A stretch of DNA of 63,327 nt. It comes from a virus (taxonomy: Duplodnaviria > Caudoviricetes). Below the pieces are notes generated by a model that was given only the letters and a program-made list of their open reading frames with translations, had not been told where the DNA came from and made no database searches. Both the position numbers and the translations under genes were made by a program. The stretch is taken from positions 1 through 63,327 of IMG/VR virus record IMGVR_UViG_3300025325_000020; one strand, given 5' to 3'. Of the stretch, positions 9,730-18,717 are shown piece by piece (position 1 is the stretch's first letter; each line of letters opens with the position of its first letter).

Positions 9730-9974
9730 GGTGTAATATTCCCGCTCACGTCCACAGTTATACCTATCACCAGGCAGTTATCGACCGCGGCCAGGCAAAG
9801 CCTCTCTCCACAGTTGAAGAACAGCAGCATCTCGGACGGCTGCCCGTCCTCCTCGCAGCCTTCCAGAATATGCGCCTCGTCGCAGTGGGGGCAGGCGATG
9901 GCATCCCCGGCGTGGACGACGGGCCGGCCTTTTAGGGTGGAATTGGTATAGCCGATGTAAGGATTTTGAGTCAT
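9726..9974 (-). CDS. Small Zn-ribbon-like protein
   Basis: CPHC...H...C; ATGA coupling. Confidence 0.55.
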   Translation of the reverse strand: MTQNPYIGYTNSTLKGRPVVHAGDAIACPHCDEAHILEGCEEDGQPSEMLLFFNCGERLCLAAVDNCLVIGITVDVSGNITP

Positions 9975-10177
9975 GGGCCTATTCTGCCTCCGCCAGATTC
10001 TAATCTCTCTCTGAGCACCGGCCTGGACATGACGATCATTTGAGCTAAATGAATGGCATTCATAAATTCCTGGTTTTCCCATTCATGGAGCTCTGGAAGA
10101 GTAAGGAAACCATTCCAGGCTTCTGCCAGGATATGCAGCACGTTTTGCTCATCGATAGTGAGAATATTGTCATGCAT
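9971..10177 (-). CDS. Hypothetical protein
   Basis: Coupled ORF. Confidence 0.55.
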   Translation of the reverse strand: MHDNILTIDEQNVLHILAEAWNGFLTLPELHEWENQEFMNAIHLAQMIVMSRPVLRERLESGGGRIGP

Positions 10178-10513
10178 TTACAACTTCCCTTCTTCCCACG
10201 CTTTAAGCACAGCCTTGCCCATCTCGTCCAGTGCTACAAGCGTTTCGGGCTGGACATCGGGCGATACGTGGGCGATAAAGCCGCAGGGGAGCTGCGTTCC
10301 GACAAAGCCGGACGAGCATTCTTCTGCGCACAGCTCGGGATAGGTTTCGTCCCACTCCAGATCGTCGAGGCTGAAATCCGGCTCGCCGTCATTGTCGTCG
10401 TCAGGCTCGCACGCCTCGCAGACATACTCGATCTCGTCTGGGCTGGCGTCTCCGATCAGCTCGTCGGGGATCTCGATGGCTTCATGGCATTTCATGCAGT
10501 TGATGAGCGTCAT
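10178..10513 (-). CDS. Very acidic Zn-ribbon protein
   Basis: CMKC...CEAC followed by a D/E-rich tract; ATGA coupling. Confidence 0.55.
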   Translation of the reverse strand: MTLINCMKCHEAIEIPDELIGDASPDEIEYVCEACEPDDDNDGEPDFSLDDLEWDETYPELCAEECSSGFVGTQLPCGFIAHVSPDVQPETLVALDEMGKAVLKAWEEGKL

Positions 10514-10839
10514 TTCTTTTTCCTTTTTCGGTAAGGGTTGCACACGAAACAGGCCTCTCTCTTCCCGCTGTTCGGGATGAACCACCTCCCGCACTTGCAC
10601 AGTTTCGCGTACAACGCCTGCGCGCCGTAGGGGATGGCAGCCAGCACGGGAGTTACGGTGGCAACCAGGGGCAAGCCCAGGGTTTTGCGGATCTCGAAAC
10701 GTTTCGGTTCGTAGCGCTTTAAAGCGATCCTCCACGCCAGGGGCTTGGTGATACCGTGCCTGCCGGCGACTCTCTCCCAGCTTTTCAATTCTTGATATTC
10801 GGCGCGTAGCAGGGCAGCCAGCTCGGTGATTTCGGGCAT
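10510..10839 (-). CDS. HTH plus Zn-finger putative DNA-binding protein
   Basis: 'WERVAGRHGITKPLAWRI' HTH-like; CKC...CFVC. Confidence 0.55.
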   Translation of the reverse strand: MPEITELAALLRAEYQELKSWERVAGRHGITKPLAWRIALKRYEPKRFEIRKTLGLPLVATVTPVLAAIPYGAQALYAKLCKCGRWFIPNSGKREACFVCNPYRKRKKK

Positions 10840-10955
10840 GTTTTGGGCCTAAAGGTATCATGATAAAGGATTGATTTTTGGCTGTCGTTACGTTCGGTAA
10901 CGGCCTTGCCAGGGCCAAAAAAGGGGCTAGATTCGCATGTCCGAGAAACGCAGAA

Positions 10956-11441
10956 TCACTTTCTCACCACCGGGAAATTCAGGCTGTATGCCTCGCACGC
11001 TCCGCTGTCCTCCGGCAGCTCCCAGCGGTAGACGTAGACCGGCGCGGTCTCCAGGCTCCAGCCCTCCGTCCAGTTGGCGGCCAGGTGCAGCCAGCGCCCG
11101 CAGATGCGCACGATGGCGCGGTCGGGCGGGGCCTGAACGGGCATGATCGCGCGCCCAGTGAGGATGCCCTCCCCTTCCAGGCTGTAGGCGAAGCTGAAGG
11201 CGTGCACGCCGGCGGAAACCTGGTAAGTGACGCTGACGATCCCGCCGCCCGGCATGGGAAAGAAATCGACCAGCTCGCCCCAGTCCACTAAGGTGGAGGA
11301 GACGGAGGCGGTACTGGGCAAGGCTCGGGCCTGGGCAGGCGATATAGCGCGCCAGGCGGGCCAGCTCAAAAGGACGAACAGGGACAGGACAAGGAATGGC
11401 AAGGCAAGCCAGGCTATTGGATTTTGAGATAGTTTCTTCAT
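10956..11441 (-). CDS. Membrane-anchored/secreted protein
   Basis: AAGGAG RBS; N-terminal hydrophobic helix. Confidence 0.55.
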   Translation of the reverse strand: MKKLSQNPIAWLALPFLVLSLFVLLSWPAWRAISPAQARALPSTASVSSTLVDWGELVDFFPMPGGGIVSVTYQVSAGVHAFSFAYSLEGEGILTGRAIMPVQAPPDRAIVRICGRWLHLAANWTEGWSLETAPVYVYRWELPEDSGACEAYSLNFPVVRK

Positions 11442-11451
11442 GTCGATCTCC

Positions 11452-11781
11452 TTATAACTTATCATCCGACCCGGGCAGGTAATCGCCAAACCCGGACTTT
11501 CGCAATAACTCATCCCCGATGTCTTCTGTAGAACGATCGGTATCCATTGGCGGCCAGTAACCCTTCAAAGGCGAAGCTTTCTCCCAGCGCGCCGTGATTC
11601 CTCCCAATTTATTCCACAATTCCACCGCCTCATCCTGGCTCTTGTAGCTGATCGGCCCGGCCGCGCCGCAGTTCTGGCAATAGACGATGTGGCGCACCTT
11701 GTCGTCGAAGTGGTAAGTAGCCGGGGCCGGGCGCTCGGAGGAAGCGCAGAAAGGGCAGGGGAGGAGGACGGGTTTGTTCAT
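11452..11781 (-). CDS. Lar-family restriction alleviation protein
   Basis: 'LLPCPFC...VYCQNCGAAGP...EAVELWN'. Confidence 0.75.
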   Translation of the reverse strand: MNKPVLLPCPFCASSERPAPATYHFDDKVRHIVYCQNCGAAGPISYKSQDEAVELWNKLGGITARWEKASPLKGYWPPMDTDRSTEDIGDELLRKSGFGDYLPGSDDKL

Positions 11782-11794
11782 GCTTTATCTAATC

Positions 11795-12028
11795 CTACCG
11801 CGCAGCCTTCCATTCAGGGTTGTCGAATAGCCAATCCCCGACCGCGCTCATTTCGTTCAGCCACTTCTTGACCTGCTTCTCTTTCGCCCTGCCGGTCCAC
11901 TCGAGGTCTATGTGCTTACCCGTTGTGTCGTCCTCTGACAGACGAACGGTAAAAGTATTCCCCGGCAACATGGCTTCAAGGTTGCTCTTGATCAGGGTTT
12001 CTCTTTCGGCTATAGTTTGATTGCTCAT
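11795..12028 (-). CDS. Hypothetical protein
   Basis: ORF in the leftward operon. Confidence 0.5.
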   Translation of the reverse strand: MSNQTIAERETLIKSNLEAMLPGNTFTVRLSEDDTTGKHIDLEWTGRAKEKQVKKWLNEMSAVGDWLFDNPEWKAAR

Positions 12029-12104
12029 TGTCGTTTTCCGTTCCGGTGTATATGTCGCCTGTATCGATCTGTCATGAAACCGGAGTTGGCTTCCTGGGAA
12101 GGCT

Positions 12105-12281
12105 TTACGGTTCTCCGGCCACTGTCGCCAGGTATAGCTGAGCTATTACACAGCCAGCCCAAGCGAGAACCCCGTATCCCAGACAGATATCGGGCGGCAA
12201 ATCATATCCGGCAAGACCGCCGCCTACTACGACTGCCAGGGACAGATCAAGAAGGTTGGCCGCAAATAATTTAGTGATCAT
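12105..12281 (-). CDS. Small hydrophobic protein
   Basis: Two hydrophobic segments; start uncertain. Confidence 0.35.
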   Translation of the reverse strand: MITKLFAANLLDLSLAVVVGGGLAGYDLPPDICLGYGVLAWAGCVIAQLYLATVAGEP

Positions 12282-12422
12282 GTTTATCCGTGCGCCGTGC
12301 GCGCCCGTGACAGGTCTATGGTTTCCCGTTCGGGCGGGGCAGGGGAGGAGAGATGATTTATCCATGATTTGCGTGTAAGCTCCGTGTTTTTCCGTGTGCG
12401 TGCGTGTGGTTGCGTGACGGTC

Positions 12423-13460
12423 TCAGGCTTTCCGCCTCCCGTTGGAGTGGGGCAGGGGGGCCAGGCGGATCTTGCGGTCCTCCAGCGCCAGGCGCAGCTC
12501 GACCAGGCACTGGTAAGGCTGTTCCACGTAGGTCCCCACCCCTTCCACCGAGCGCACCGCGCGGGCTTGCTCGAGCAGCCCTTTGACCATCTGCCAGGCG
12601 GGCGAGTCCCAGCCGAGGTGCGCCAGCTCGCGCCAGCCGGGCAGGACGTTGGAGGAAGACCCGGCCACGCTCTCGCCGTCGCGCACGAGCCGCAGCGCCA
12701 GGCCGGTGGCGGTGGCCTTATCGCGGCTGTTCTGCTCGATGAAAGCCCAGTTTCCCCAGGGGCGGACGCCGGCCGGCTCGCCTGGCGCGCGAGGAACAGC
12801 CGATCGATGCGAGGATACGGCCACGGGATGGCTGTCGTCCAGGATCTCCCATCCTCGCGGGGTGTCTTCCAGGATCACATCGCGGATCTTGTGCAGCGCC
12901 AGGAGGCGGCCCCAGCGGCGGAAGATAATGGCCGATCCTTCGAATGCCACGATAACCAGGATGACCAGGAAAGCGATCACGGCCGAGACCGTGATGAAAC
13001 GCGAGGCGATCATGTCGAAGCCAAGCTTCTGGTATTCCCAATACGCTTCTCCGGCCGCGCGGGTGGCCTGGATGTTTAAAACAGCGACCGTGACCGTCTC
13101 CCGGTAAGCGTCCGCGGTGGCCGTGGCTCCCTGGGCAACCGCGGTGGAGGTAGCAACGGCGGCAGTGGCCGTAGCCTGGGCCTGCTGGTTTGCAATGCTT
13201 ATAGCGGTTTGGGATGCCTGGAGGGGGAGCATCAGGCGGGCCTGCTCCTGGCCGGTCTTGCCGGCATCCACCGCGGCGGCCAGGGTGGCGCCGGCGGCCT
13301 GCTGGACGCGCGCGGCCTCGGTGGCCTGGATGGCCCCATCGGCCGCGGCGCGCTGGACGTAGGGATCGGCGGGATCGGCGCTAAAGCCGTAGCCGTAGCC
13401 GGGGGCGCAGGCGGAAAGAAGCAAGAGCATTATGATGGTAAAAGCCAGCAAGTATTTCAT
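12423..13460 (-). CDS. Lipoprotein with Ala/Thr/Gln-rich stalk, second TM helix and C-terminal domain
   Basis: Lipobox 'LLLSAC'; GAGG RBS; TM 'FITVSAVIAFLVILVIVAF'. Confidence 0.7.
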   Translation of the reverse strand: MKYLLAFTIIMLLLLSACAPGYGYGFSADPADPYVQRAAADGAIQATEAARVQQAAGATLAAAVDAGKTGQEQARLMLPLQASQTAISIANQQAQATATAAVATSTAVAQGATATADAYRETVTVAVLNIQATRAAGEAYWEYQKLGFDMIASRFITVSAVIAFLVILVIVAFEGSAIIFRRWGRLLALHKIRDVILEDTPRGWEILDDSHPVAVSSHRSAVPRAPGEPAGVRPWGNWAFIEQNSRDKATATGLALRLVRDGESVAGSSSNVLPGWRELAHLGWDSPAWQMVKGLLEQARAVRSVEGVGTYVEQPYQCLVELRLALEDRKIRLAPLPHSNGRRKA

Positions 13461-13544
13461 TGCGTTCCTCTCCAAAATCCGCTAAAATATCGCCGCCGGG
13501 TGTGCGTTCCTCCCCGGCGCCGGGCCGCCCATGGCCCGGCTTTA

Positions 13545-14177
13545 TTACCAACGGTCGTCCGCCCGCTCCGTCATCGCCACGAGCACCTGGCGGGTTGCCT
13601 CTGCGTCGGCCAGCGCACCGTGTTCTTTCCAGGATGGTATCCCCAGGAATTCGGCCGCGAAGGCCAGTTTCTTGAATTTGTAATTGCCGTGATAGTCATT
13701 CCATTCGCCGTAGTAGGCGGCGAACAACTCCATCACGCAGCCGAATGTCAGGGGCGGGATATCGTCTGGCTTGCGCTCGGGCATGATAACATCCGGGAAG
13801 AGAAGCCCATCGATGTCGCCCGGCAAGATGTGATGCGCCAGCAGCGACTGGCGCAGCATGCGCCTGTCGTAATCGGCGTTGTAGCAGCACACAGTCCGGC
13901 CGGCCAGGATCTTCTTCAAGGCAGGCCAGGCATCCGAGATAGTGGGGCACATGGCTACATCCGCGCCGGTGATGCCGTGGTAGGCGCTGGCCTCCTGGGG
14001 GATGGGGATGGCCGGCTTCAGCCGCTCGTGGAAAAGCTTCTCCCCGGCCGTGTCCAGGATGGCGATCTCGACGATCTCATCCTCGTAGCCGAAGCCGGTG
14101 GTCTCGGTGTCCAGGAACAGCGGCTTCCCACCCAGGATACGGCGTGCGGCTTTAAGCGCTTCGGTTCGGTCGCTCAT
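13545..14177 (-). CDS. DEDDh 3'-5' exonuclease (DnaQ-like)
   Basis: 'FLDTETTG', 'YNADYD', 'HGALADA'. Confidence 0.9.
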   Translation of the reverse strand: MSDRTEALKAARRILGGKPLFLDTETTGFGYEDEIVEIAILDTAGEKLFHERLKPAIPIPQEASAYHGITGADVAMCPTISDAWPALKKILAGRTVCCYNADYDRRMLRQSLLAHHILPGDIDGLLFPDVIMPERKPDDIPPLTFGCVMELFAAYYGEWNDYHGNYKFKKLAFAAEFLGIPSWKEHGALADAEATRQVLVAMTERADDRW

Positions 14178-14241
14178 GGGTTCACCTTTGGAAGTAATCT
14201 TCCACGCTATACCACAGTTCTTTCAATCCGGATCATATTTG

Positions 14242-14505
14242 CTACAACAGCCCGTTGGCCCACAGGATGGTCAGCACCACCGCGGCCAGGCCGATGGCCT
14301 TGAAGGCCATGACGATCAGGTTGCGGCTTGGCTTGGCTAAAGCGCGGTCCGAATGGGGGATATAGGCGCGGCCTTTCTTGGTGCGCACCTCCCAGTAGCT
14401 GCCATTGGGAACGATCTCTACGCCCTGGTCCTCTTGGCTCTGGGCAAACTGATAAAAATCACTGCCGCTTCTGCAATCTTCCGGTTTCTCAATTTTCGGC
14501 GCCAT
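14242..14505 (-). CDS. HicA-like fold protein with C-terminal TM helix
   Basis: 'NGSYWEV...AYIPH...L.K...NLI...AIGL' resembles HicA; hydrophobic tail. Confidence 0.45.
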   Translation of the reverse strand: MAPKIEKPEDCRSGSDFYQFAQSQEDQGVEIVPNGSYWEVRTKKGRAYIPHSDRALAKPSRNLIVMAFKAIGLAAVVLTILWANGLL

Positions 14506-14694
14506 CTTCTTTCTCCTGTTTTTCTGAATCTTCCAATGGGATTACCACGCACACCGCCGGGCTGCCGTGGTTGGCAAGCGCCTGGTGGATGAGCACGTTG
14601 CAAATATCAGCTACCGAATGGACGAACCAGGCGGGCACGTCCGGGAGATCGATGATAATTCTTCGTGATAGCATTGCTGTGATGTCCTTTCCGT

Positions 14695-14940
14695 TCAAAT
14701 CTTTTGGTTTTGTTCCACTTTGGCAGCGTATACCTGCCTGGCAGCTTTCTCTTCCACCTGGCGTTCCCAATCGGCCCCGCGCTTTCGCTTGCATTGCGGG
14801 CAGTGGGTGGGCAGCGCGCCACTGGCTTCCAGCACTGCCTTGCAGCAGGGGCAGCTCTCGGCTTCGGCGGCCACCGCCTGCTCGAGCGCCCGCTCGAACT
14901 CGCCGTCGATGCGGGCCATGACGCGGGTAATTACCCACAT
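14695..14940 (-). CDS. Zn-ribbon protein
   Basis: CPCC...CPQC. Confidence 0.5.
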   Translation of the reverse strand: MWVITRVMARIDGEFERALEQAVAAEAESCPCCKAVLEASGALPTHCPQCKRKRGADWERQVEEKAARQVYAAKVEQNQKI

Positions 14941-14944
14941 AGAT

Positions 14945-15199
14945 TCACCGTCCGGCCCACAGGTCGCTACGCGAGCGGCTTTCCAGCACAGCGACCTGCT
15001 CTTCCAGGCCGCTTACCTGTTCTGTAAGCTCGGTGTTCTGAATGGCCAGGCGATTGATTTCGCCGCCCTTTGCTGCAATCAGGTCGGCGAACTCGGCGCT
15101 CTTGATCGCCAGGCGTCCCGCTTCGCCCCTCCAGGCTTCCATACAGGCCAGATAGCTCTTGTGATTGGCAGTTCCGGGATATTGGCAGCATTGGCACAT
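14945..15199 (-). CDS. Small coiled-coil protein
   Basis: GGAGG RBS; heptad pattern. Confidence 0.5.
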   Translation of the reverse strand: MCQCCQYPGTANHKSYLACMEAWRGEAGRLAIKSAEFADLIAAKGGEINRLAIQNTELTEQVSGLEEQVAVLESRSRSDLWAGR

Positions 15200-15200
15200 A

Positions 15201-15440
15201 TCAAGCCTCCTTTTCCACGATCACCACCCAGTCCGCGCCCACATCGAACGGCTTGCTCACCTGGCGCAGGCCGTAGGCGGCCAGGTACTCGGCGTAGAGG
15301 CCGAATGGCACCGATACGGCGTCTTTCACCGCCACCGGCTCATCTGTCATCTCGCCGGTGATGGGATCTTGCCCGTAGACGAAGCAGCCCTGGCCAGGCG
15401 GGGGCGGCAGGGGAGAGGCCTTGCGATGGTCAGGTTTCAT
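15201..15440 (-). CDS. Hypothetical protein
   Basis: Overlaps the upstream stop. Confidence 0.45.
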   Translation of the reverse strand: MKPDHRKASPLPPPPGQGCFVYGQDPITGEMTDEPVAVKDAVSVPFGLYAEYLAAYGLRQVSKPFDVGADWVVIVEKEA

Positions 15441-16122
15441 CGTCGCTTTCCGCCATGCGGTCTCCCAGGCAGCCCAGGCACAACCCATTCTGGACAGCGC
15501 CCGGCTCGCCGCATTCGGTGCACGCGGCGTCCATATTCACGACCAAAGCGGCCTCCCGGTGTTTCCCGGTCTGGATTATCTCGTCCAGGCCTTGCGACAA
15601 TACCGCTTCTTCCAGTTCGGCGTCGGGCTCGGTGTTGTCGCTTTCGCCATCGCCCTCGCTCTCCGGAAGGCTGGAAGGATCCACGGCCAGCACACCGCCT
15701 TCCCCCACCGGCAGCCGTAGCTGGCAGGCCCGCTCGAAGGTGTCCTGCAGCCGGAAGAGGTCCGGCGTCCACAGCCCGTAACGGCGGATGATCTCACCGA
15801 ACTCTTCCACGTCGTGGCCGCGTAGCCTACCGTTCGTGTCGATGTGGCACAGCTCATGATCGACGAGCGCCTTGCGCTGCATGGCGGTCAGGTTCTCCCA
15901 GGTGTCCAGCGCAAGCCAGATCAGGTAATCCAGGGCCAGGTGCGGGGTGTATTTCGGGGAGACCTTGGAGGTGTTGCCGATAGTAATCCTGCCGTTTTTC
16001 TTCATCCCATCGCTGCGGAAGACGAAGCCGATGCGCCAGGCTGCCAGCCAGGGGTGATGCTCGTAGATCAGCTCGTTGGCCAGGGTCAATACGGATGGGT
16101 TGACTTTGGACCAGGTGATCAT
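15430..16122 (-). CDS. Putative phage metallopeptidase
   Basis: 'ALVDHELCH...HDVEEFGEIIRRYG' (HExxH). Confidence 0.8.
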   Translation of the reverse strand: MITWSKVNPSVLTLANELIYEHHPWLAAWRIGFVFRSDGMKKNGRITIGNTSKVSPKYTPHLALDYLIWLALDTWENLTAMQRKALVDHELCHIDTNGRLRGHDVEEFGEIIRRYGLWTPDLFRLQDTFERACQLRLPVGEGGVLAVDPSSLPESEGDGESDNTEPDAELEEAVLSQGLDEIIQTGKHREAALVVNMDAACTECGEPGAVQNGLCLGCLGDRMAESDDET

Positions 16123-16622
16123 ATCGCCTCCACGCTCTCGCGGATTAAGACCGGCGCGCCCTCTACTTCCAGGATTTCGCTGTAGATCCGAATCCTCTCC
16201 CGGCAGTGAGCAGCAGAAGCATCCCATTGGATAGCATCGAAAGCCGCGGCCAGGGCTTCCCAATCCCCGGCGTCTAGCCGCCGGTCGAAGTGGAACCGGT
16301 CCTCCAACTCTTTCCGGCGCTCCCGCAGGGGGTTGACCTTGCCCCAATACTCTTCCCAGTAAGCTGCGGCGGCTTCGTCCTGCTCACCCTTGCCCACCAG
16401 CCGCCCGGCTTCCTCGATCAGCTCGAGCAGCTCGGCCCGCGAGGGGAACCACTTCGAGTGGTCCATGTGCAATTCGGCTGCTTGGCGTAGGACGGCGGCC
16501 TCGACGGCGGCGAAGCGCTGCGTCCAGCTATCCAGCAGGGCCGCCGGATCCTCCACGTCGAAGCGCGGGTAATTGGCTTTCAAGAGCTTGAAAATCTCGA
16601 GAACGTCTTTTTCAGTTGCCAT
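16119..16622 (-). CDS. Helicase loader/inhibitor (SPP1 G39P-like)
   Basis: 'LLKANYP...W...SKWFPSRAEL'; directly downstream of the initiator. Confidence 0.7.
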   Translation of the reverse strand: MATEKDVLEIFKLLKANYPRFDVEDPAALLDSWTQRFAAVEAAVLRQAAELHMDHSKWFPSRAELLELIEEAGRLVGKGEQDEAAAAYWEEYWGKVNPLRERRKELEDRFHFDRRLDAGDWEALAAAFDAIQWDASAAHCRERIRIYSEILEVEGAPVLIRESVEAI

Positions 16623-17571
16623 GGGTTAATCGCTCCTCTCGCCGGCGGATCTCGGCTTCCAGGTTGTTGGATGGGCGGCTGCTGCTCTTAGTGGGGATTC
16701 CGTTTACATACCAGTCCACCACCCAACCAAAATTCATCGGGCTATAAGGATGTTTGTCCGGACCTGCCCGTCTCCATTCCATCCAGCACTCGCGGAGCCT
16801 TTCTTCGTCAGGTATTTCCCCAAGAGCCGCAATCAAGCTGTCATATTCTTGCATCCGGGGCCAACGGCCCAGGATAGAAAAAATCGCTTTTATAGCAGGG
16901 TGGTTTGTCCGCGGGTCTGCGTTTGATTTCCGCAAGCGAGCAGGCTTGCCTTCACTGCCATTCTTCCCGGAAAGAGAGCCATTAGAAGACGCAGGCGGAT
17001 GTTGGGCGCTAGCGCCCAACTCTGTAGTAGTTTCTGTTGTAATCTCTGTTGTAGTCTCTGTATTTGTATCGACTTTAAAGTCGAGAGGGTGTCGAGTTAT
17101 TTCTTCATACCCTGTAGGCTTTAAAGTCGAGAGGGTGTCGGTAATCAGGATGAGACGGTCTACGTTCAACCCGATATAGAGCAAGTTGCCGATTTTCTTC
17201 CCATTTATGGTTGGGTGGCGGAAGTCCAAATCGATGAGCTCCATATCCCGCAGGCAATAGAGAGCGTCCCGGACCTGGATCTTGGTATATCCGTACATCT
17301 CCGCGAATGCCTTGTAATCCCTTTGGAGCTTATCCGCGGCAAATTTCTTGCGTAGACCGATTACCCGCCCTGTTTTCTCATCCCGCTCTTCGATGGGCCT
17401 ATACCAGTACACGATATCGGCCAGCAGCATAATTGCCGCCGTGTCTGGTTTCCCATTTTGCCGCCTGATATAGTTGAACCAATCAGGCGGAATCACATTG
17501 CCCGTGATGTTGAGCGAGGCCATGCGTAGAACGGCGTTGCTGGTGCCTATCTGATACCCTTTTGGTTTCAT
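16612..17571 (-). CDS. Replication initiator protein
   Basis: 'ITGNVIP..W...IMLLADIVYWYRP' N-terminus; TETTTE linker; internal iteron-like repeats. Confidence 0.8.
   Translation of the reverse strand: MKPKGYQIGTSNAVLRMASLNITGNVIPPDWFNYIRRQNGKPDTAAIMLLADIVYWYRPIEERDEKTGRVIGLRKKFAADKLQRDYKAFAEMYGYTKIQVRDALYCLRDMELIDLDFRHPTINGKKIGNLLYIGLNVDRLILITDTLSTLKPTGYEEITRHPLDFKVDTNTETTTEITTETTTELGASAQHPPASSNGSLSGKNGSEGKPARLRKSNADPRTNHPAIKAIFSILGRWPRMQEYDSLIAALGEIPDEERLRECWMEWRRAGPDKHPYSPMNFGWVVDWYVNGIPTKSSSRPSNNLEAEIRRREERLTHGN
17069..17140. repeat. Probable replication origin iterons
   Basis: CTTTAAAGTCGAGAGGGTGTCG at 17073-17094 and 17119-17140; perfect palindrome TCGACTTTAAAGTCGA at 17069-17084. Confidence 0.7.
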
Positions 17572-17870
17572 TTTTCGTCGCTCTTATCCAGCACCTCGGC
17601 AATATCCACTCGTTCGAACTCCACCCTGATTGCCTCCTTCTCCTGCCCCGGCTCGATGATCGCGGTCGGGTTCTTCCCCACCGGGTAGGTAACGACCACC
17701 CGCCCATAGGCAAGCCCCAGGGTGATGATGAGCTGGCTGCCGGGGTAGAGGGTGGTGTGCAGCGCATCCACGGGCGGCCCATCGCAGGGGCGCTGGACGG
17801 GCTTGAATTTATCGCGCAACTTCCGGGCCTTTGTGTTTACGGTCCTGGAGCTCAAGGGTCTTGATTTCAT
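17568..17870 (-). CDS. Hypothetical protein
   Basis: GAGGA RBS; ATGA-coupled to the initiator. Confidence 0.55.
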   Translation of the reverse strand: MKSRPLSSRTVNTKARKLRDKFKPVQRPCDGPPVDALHTTLYPGSQLIITLGLAYGRVVVTYPVGKNPTAIIEPGQEKEAIRVEFERVDIAEVLDKSDEK

Positions 17871-17877
17871 GTTGTCC

Positions 17878-17964
17878 TCAATGCTTTCCGGCCGCTTTGC
17901 ACATGCCAAAAATGAGCACGTAAGCAGCGACGGTGACGAAAATAGTGATGATGATCCAGTGCAT
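17878..17964 (-). CDS. 28-aa single-TM peptide (MHWIIITIFVTVAAYVLIFGMCKAAGKH)
   Basis: AAGGAG RBS; absent from the ORF track. Confidence 0.5.
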   Translation of the reverse strand: MHWIIITIFVTVAAYVLIFGMCKAAGKH

Positions 17965-18046
17965 GGCGGTCTCCTTCATGGTCAACGCTCGGCTTTTACG
18001 CCGTTTTTACGGGCAGTTTAAGCGCCCGGGCTTATAATTTCCCGGC

Positions 18047-18304
18047 TTATTTCGTCCAGCGCCGTTTGTTCCCCTCCTCCCAATTCTCCCTCAATACCTC
18101 CAGCGCTTCGGCGATGCGCCGATCCCAGCCGTCCAGGTAGGCAGAGGCCGGGGCCAAGAGCCAGCCGGTGGCCGGGAAGCGCGCCCGGGCTTGCTCAATG
18201 CGCAGGCGGACCAGCCTCATCTCGATTCGCATGGCGGCCAGGCTCGCCAGGGCGTTCTCTACCGCCATGCGCCTGCGCTCCTGGTCGTCAGTCATGCGGG
18301 ACAT
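18047..18304 (-). CDS. Hypothetical helical protein
   Basis: Overlaps the upstream stop. Confidence 0.5.
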   Translation of the reverse strand: MSRMTDDQERRRMAVENALASLAAMRIEMRLVRLRIEQARARFPATGWLLAPASAYLDGWDRRIAEALEVLRENWEEGNKRRWTK

Positions 18305-18668
18305 GGCAGTCCCCGCATTGTTTCTCGGCCTCGGCCAGCAGCTTCTCGCCATCCTCGGCCCGGCCGCGGGTCTCCTCGTCCTGGTCGCGGTGATTGGCCC
18401 ACCAGGTGGCCGCCCCGGCCGCGCCCAGGAGGGCCAGCGTGGCCGGGATGTAGCCATAGTCGCCCAGCGCGGCGAAGACGAACAGGAGCGGAATGACCCA
18501 GGCCAGCGAGCCGTAGACGTAGCAGGCCAGGCGGCCCAGCTCGCGGCGCAGGCCCGGGTGGAAGTAGTAGTGCAGGGCAAGCTCGGACGCGGCGGCCAGC
18601 AGGGCGCAGATGGCGATGGTAACGAGCGGGAAAAGGGGCAGGACAATTTGGGCTTGAAAAAATGACAT
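18288..18668 (-). CDS. Three-TM membrane protein
   Basis: GAGGA RBS; three hydrophobic segments. Confidence 0.6.
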   Translation of the reverse strand: MSFFQAQIVLPLFPLVTIAICALLAAASELALHYYFHPGLRRELGRLACYVYGSLAWVIPLLFVFAALGDYGYIPATLALLGAAGAATWWANHRDQDEETRGRAEDGEKLLAEAEKQCGDCHVPHD

Positions 18669-18717
18669 CCTTCCTCCTCGCTATGGCAAATATGACGCGC
18701 ACTCGGAGGGCTGTGGT

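Noticed and set aside
14189-14204. Dispersed palindrome as a host LexA box
   Set aside because: It reads GAAG-N4-CTTC rather than GAAC-N4-GTTC, and most copies are not at clear promoters
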